Source: Candidatus Eiseniibacteriota bacterium
GTDB lineage: Bacteria > Eisenbacteria > RBG-16-71-46 > DASYSL01
Direction of reading: 5' to 3'
Assembly: GCA_031431875.1 (NCBI GenBank)
Contig: JANPEF010000116.1
Coordinates: 1 to 37,697, forward strand
DNA: 37,697 nucleotides
Below the pieces are notes generated by a model. That model saw only the letters and a program-made list of their open reading frames with translations, did not search any database and was not told where the DNA came from. Shown piece by piece: positions 35,004 to 37,697 of the stretch. The number at the start of each line of letters is the position of its first letter. Position 1 is the first letter of the stretch. A program made the position numbers and the translations under genes.

Positions 35004-36713
35004 GTGCTCGATCGCCGCACGATTCTCGCGGTCGCGTTGTCGTTCCTCGTGTTGTTCGGTTCCCAGTGGCTGGCCGTGCAGATGGGCTGGATCAAGCCAG
35101 CTCCGACGGAGTCAACTCTGCCGAAGGCACAGTCGGAGCTCGGGAAGCCGGGGGCGGGTCACACGGCCCCCGGTGCGACCACGCTCGACGCCCCAAGTGC
35201 CGGCGTCACCCCGCCGGGATCCATCGCTACCGGCTTCGCCGCCAGGACGGCGATATCTGGCTGGGCAGCCGCGCCGGACTCGATCGTCACCGTTGATCAT
35301 GCGCTGTACACGGCACGCTTCCGCACGCGCGGGGCGCGACTGCTCTCGGTCACGCTCAAGGAGTTCGCCGCGGTCGACACGAACCGCGTGGCGCTCGCCG
35401 CCGATCCCGCGTTCGCGGTCGACCTCGGGGACCCGCAGGCACCGCGCTCGCTCGCCGAGGTGCCGTTCGCCGTTGCCGAGAGCCTTGATGTAACGGGACG
35501 CGTAGCGTCCCTGACGTTCACCGCGCGCGACACCAGCGGCATGACGATCGTCGAGACCTTCCGCCTTGCGCCCGACGAGTACAAGATGACCGTCACGGTC
35601 GCGATGCAGAACCTGCCGATCAGCGACGACTTCCGCCGCTACGCGATCACCCTGCGCTCGTGGCCGCTCCTCAACGAGGAGAATCGCGACGAGGACCGCA
35701 ACAACCTGGGCGTCACCGCGAAGGTCGGCAAGGACAACAAGCGCGAGCTCGCCGGCGGCCTCAAGAACGCCGACAAGACACACGAGGGCGGCGTGCGCTG
35801 GATCGCCATCCATGCCAAGTACTTCTTGTTGGGATTGGTCGCGAACAATGTCGAGGGGCTAGAAAGCCGTGCCGGGCTCGCTCCGGGCGTCCTTCCGGAC
35901 GCCCATGATCAGGTCGAGGGCACGATCGCCCTGCCGCTGCCGGCGCTGGGTCGCGCCCACGAGTTCACGCTCTACGCGGGCCCGCTCGATTACTGGCGCG
36001 TCGGGCAAATCGGCATGGACCTCGAGCCCCCCCATGCGATGGGCTTCAATTGGTTCAAACCCTTTTCTGCGCTGCTCGTGACGCTCATGAAGTGGTTCCA
36101 TGCAGTCATTCATAATTGGGGCGTGGCGATCATTCTCGTGGCGACGCTCGCCAAGCTGGTGACACATCCACTTCAGGCCTCCGGCATGAAGTCCATGCGT
36201 TCGATGCAGAAGATCCAGCCCGAGGTCGAACGCCTGCGCAACAAGTACAAGGGTCCCGAGAAAGCGCAGCAGCTCAACACGGCGATCATGGGGTTGTACA
36301 AGGAGAACAAGGTGAATCCGCTCGGCGGGTGCCTGCCCATGATCCTGCAGATGCCGTTCTTCCTCGCGCTGTACCATGTGCTGGGCTATGCGATCGACCT
36401 GCGGCAGGCCGGCTTCGTGGGCTGGATCACCGACCTGTCCTCGCCCGATCTCCTGTTCCAGCTCGGGCCGCTGCCGGTGCGGGTGCTGCCGCTGCTCATG
36501 CTCGGCTCGATGTTCCTGCAGATGAAGATGACCCCGTCGGGCGACAAGCAGCAGCAGATGACCATGCAACTGGTCAACGTGGTCTTCCTGTTCCTGTTCT
36601 ACAACCTGCCCTCCGGGCTGGTACTCTACTGGACCGTGATCAACTTGTTGACCGCCCTGCAGGCGTGGCATATCGCCCAGGGCGACACCAAGCCGCTCGT
36701 GCGAGCGGCCTAA
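35004..36713 (+). CDS. yidC: Membrane protein insertase YidC
   Basis: NWGVAII, LYKENKVNPLGGCLP..LQMP, WITDLS.PD and PSGLVLYW motifs. Confidence 0.98.
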   Translation: MLDRRTILAVALSFLVLFGSQWLAVQMGWIKPAPTESTLPKAQSELGKPGAGHTAPGATTLDAPSAGVTPPGSIATGFAARTAISGWAAAPDSIVTVDHALYTARFRTRGARLLSVTLKEFAAVDTNRVALAADPAFAVDLGDPQAPRSLAEVPFAVAESLDVTGRVASLTFTARDTSGMTIVETFRLAPDEYKMTVTVAMQNLPISDDFRRYAITLRSWPLLNEENRDEDRNNLGVTAKVGKDNKRELAGGLKNADKTHEGGVRWIAIHAKYFLLGLVANNVEGLESRAGLAPGVLPDAHDQVEGTIALPLPALGRAHEFTLYAGPLDYWRVGQIGMDLEPPHAMGFNWFKPFSALLVTLMKWFHAVIHNWGVAIILVATLAKLVTHPLQASGMKSMRSMQKIQPEVERLRNKYKGPEKAQQLNTAIMGLYKENKVNPLGGCLPMILQMPFFLALYHVLGYAIDLRQAGFVGWITDLSSPDLLFQLGPLPVRVLPLLMLGSMFLQMKMTPSGDKQQQMTMQLVNVVFLFLFYNLPSGLVLYWTVINLLTALQAWHIAQGDTKPLVRAA

Positions 36714-36752
36714 GCCCCCGAGGGGCCCACGCAGGGGAGGCGCGAGAACGCC

Positions 36753-37697
36753 GTGCAAACCGCCGTCGGATCCGGAGCAACGCTCGAAGATGCCGTGAAG
36801 GATGCGCTCACCCACCTCGGTGCAGCGCCGGAGCAAGTCGTGTTGCGCAAGGTCGAAGAAGGCTCGGCGGGCCTGATGGGCGCCGCTCCCCGTCCCTACC
36901 GCGTGCGCGCTACGTGGAAACCAGAGTTTGCTCCGCCGGTCGAGGCGCCACCCGAGAAGAAGGTTTATGGGATGGCCCCTGAACGCCCCGCGTTCGACGG
37001 CGACACCGGCGGCAGCGGCGAAGACCGCGGCCCGCGCAGCCGGGATCGCGGCGACCGGGGTGGTCGCGAGCGCGGCGGGGATCGCGGTGGTCGGGGCGGT
37101 TCTGGCGGTGGCGGCGGTGAACGCGGCGGCCGCGGTGGACGCGACCGCGCAGCCTGGATCGATCCCGAGGAGGGGAAGGCCGAACGCCTCTCCCGCCCCG
37201 CCCGCAAGGCGGCACCGATGTCGGACGAAGGCCGCTTCGTCGTCGACGAAGCATTCCTCGCGCTAACCCGCGAGATGGCCACGTCGCTGGTCCGGCAAAT
37301 GGGATTCGAGGATGCTGTCGTGAACGTCACGGGCTCGGGCGACGAGGTGTTGATCGCGTTCGACGCGCCCGCGGACGAGGACCTCTTGTCCGGTCGTCGC
37401 GGTGAGACGCGCATGGCGCTGCAGACCGTGCTCTCGCGTCTGGTCAACCCCAAGCGCGGCGCCTCGGCCAACGTGATGGTCGACGTCAACGGCTACTGGC
37501 AGAACCGTCGCGATGCGCTGCTGGCGCAGGCGAAGGACCTCGCCGACCAGGCCGTCACCAGCGGCGAGGAAATGGTCACCGGGCCGCTCGCGGCCGAGGA
37601 GCGCCGCCTCGTGCACCGCATGCTGGCCGACGATCCGCGCGTCGCCACCGAGTCGTTCGGCGAAGGCGCCACCAAACGCATGTCGATCCGGGCGCTC
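36753..37697 (+). CDS. jag: Jag/KhpB (EloR) RNA-binding protein, 3' end truncated by the window
   Basis: Not in the track because there is no stop codon. From GTG 36753: Jag_N (GATLEDAVKDAL..LG), an RGG linker, KH (LSGRRGET..ALQ) and R3H (ERRLVH). Confidence 0.93.
   Translation, partial: MQTAVGSGATLEDAVKDALTHLGAAPEQVVLRKVEEGSAGLMGAAPRPYRVRATWKPEFAPPVEAPPEKKVYGMAPERPAFDGDTGGSGEDRGPRSRDRGDRGGRERGGDRGGRGGSGGGGGERGGRGGRDRAAWIDPEEGKAERLSRPARKAAPMSDEGRFVVDEAFLALTREMATSLVRQMGFEDAVVNVTGSGDEVLIAFDAPADEDLLSGRRGETRMALQTVLSRLVNPKRGASANVMVDVNGYWQNRRDALLAQAKDLADQAVTSGEEMVTGPLAAEERRLVHRMLADDPRVATESFGEGATKRMSIRAL

Noticed and set aside
1..37697. CRISPR arrays, tRNAs, rRNAs, IS elements, integrases and DnaA-box clusters
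   Set aside because: None recognised by eye. Short or degenerate elements could have been missed without tools.

Overview
High-GC bacterial chromosomal window with about 36 plausible CDS, mostly core or accessory housekeeping genes. I found no tRNA, rRNA, CRISPR array or transposase. C-terminal WG-K-YR tags and a FlgD/T9SS-like C-terminal domain suggest an FCB-group candidate phylum such as Ca. Eisenbacteria (inference). From left to right the window holds: a partial secreted protein; aroK, an eRF1-like (baeRF) gene and a flavin reductase; an MFS transporter; two paralogous secreted proteins; REC-PAS and rhodanese-methyltransferase genes; REC, MDR dehydrogenase and DUF1801 genes; an inserted higBA (HTH-ImmA/IrrE) toxin-antitoxin pair; a luxE-luxC-Zn-finger operon without luxAB; a beta-CASP nuclease; a candidate sigma54-driven structured ncRNA; a cobalamin riboswitch-btuB-btuG-like locus; a HEAT-repeat/HD-GYP pair; a DUF4397 lipoprotein with a CarH/LitR-like operator; a GT-C/TPR glycosyltransferase; and rpmH-rnpA-yidD-yidC-jag without the usual divergent dnaA. 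The most notable signals are (1) a precisely spaced C-terminal motif [TV]P-x4-[ST]WG[RQ][IV]K-x2-YR on three signal-peptide proteins, a candidate protein-sorting signal; (2) an unannotated ~235-nt multi-stem RNA between a sigma54 promoter and an intrinsic terminator; (3) a three-repeat CarH-like operator near a B12 uptake locus; and (4) an uncharacterised N-terminal domain shared by the HEAT and HD-GYP partners.
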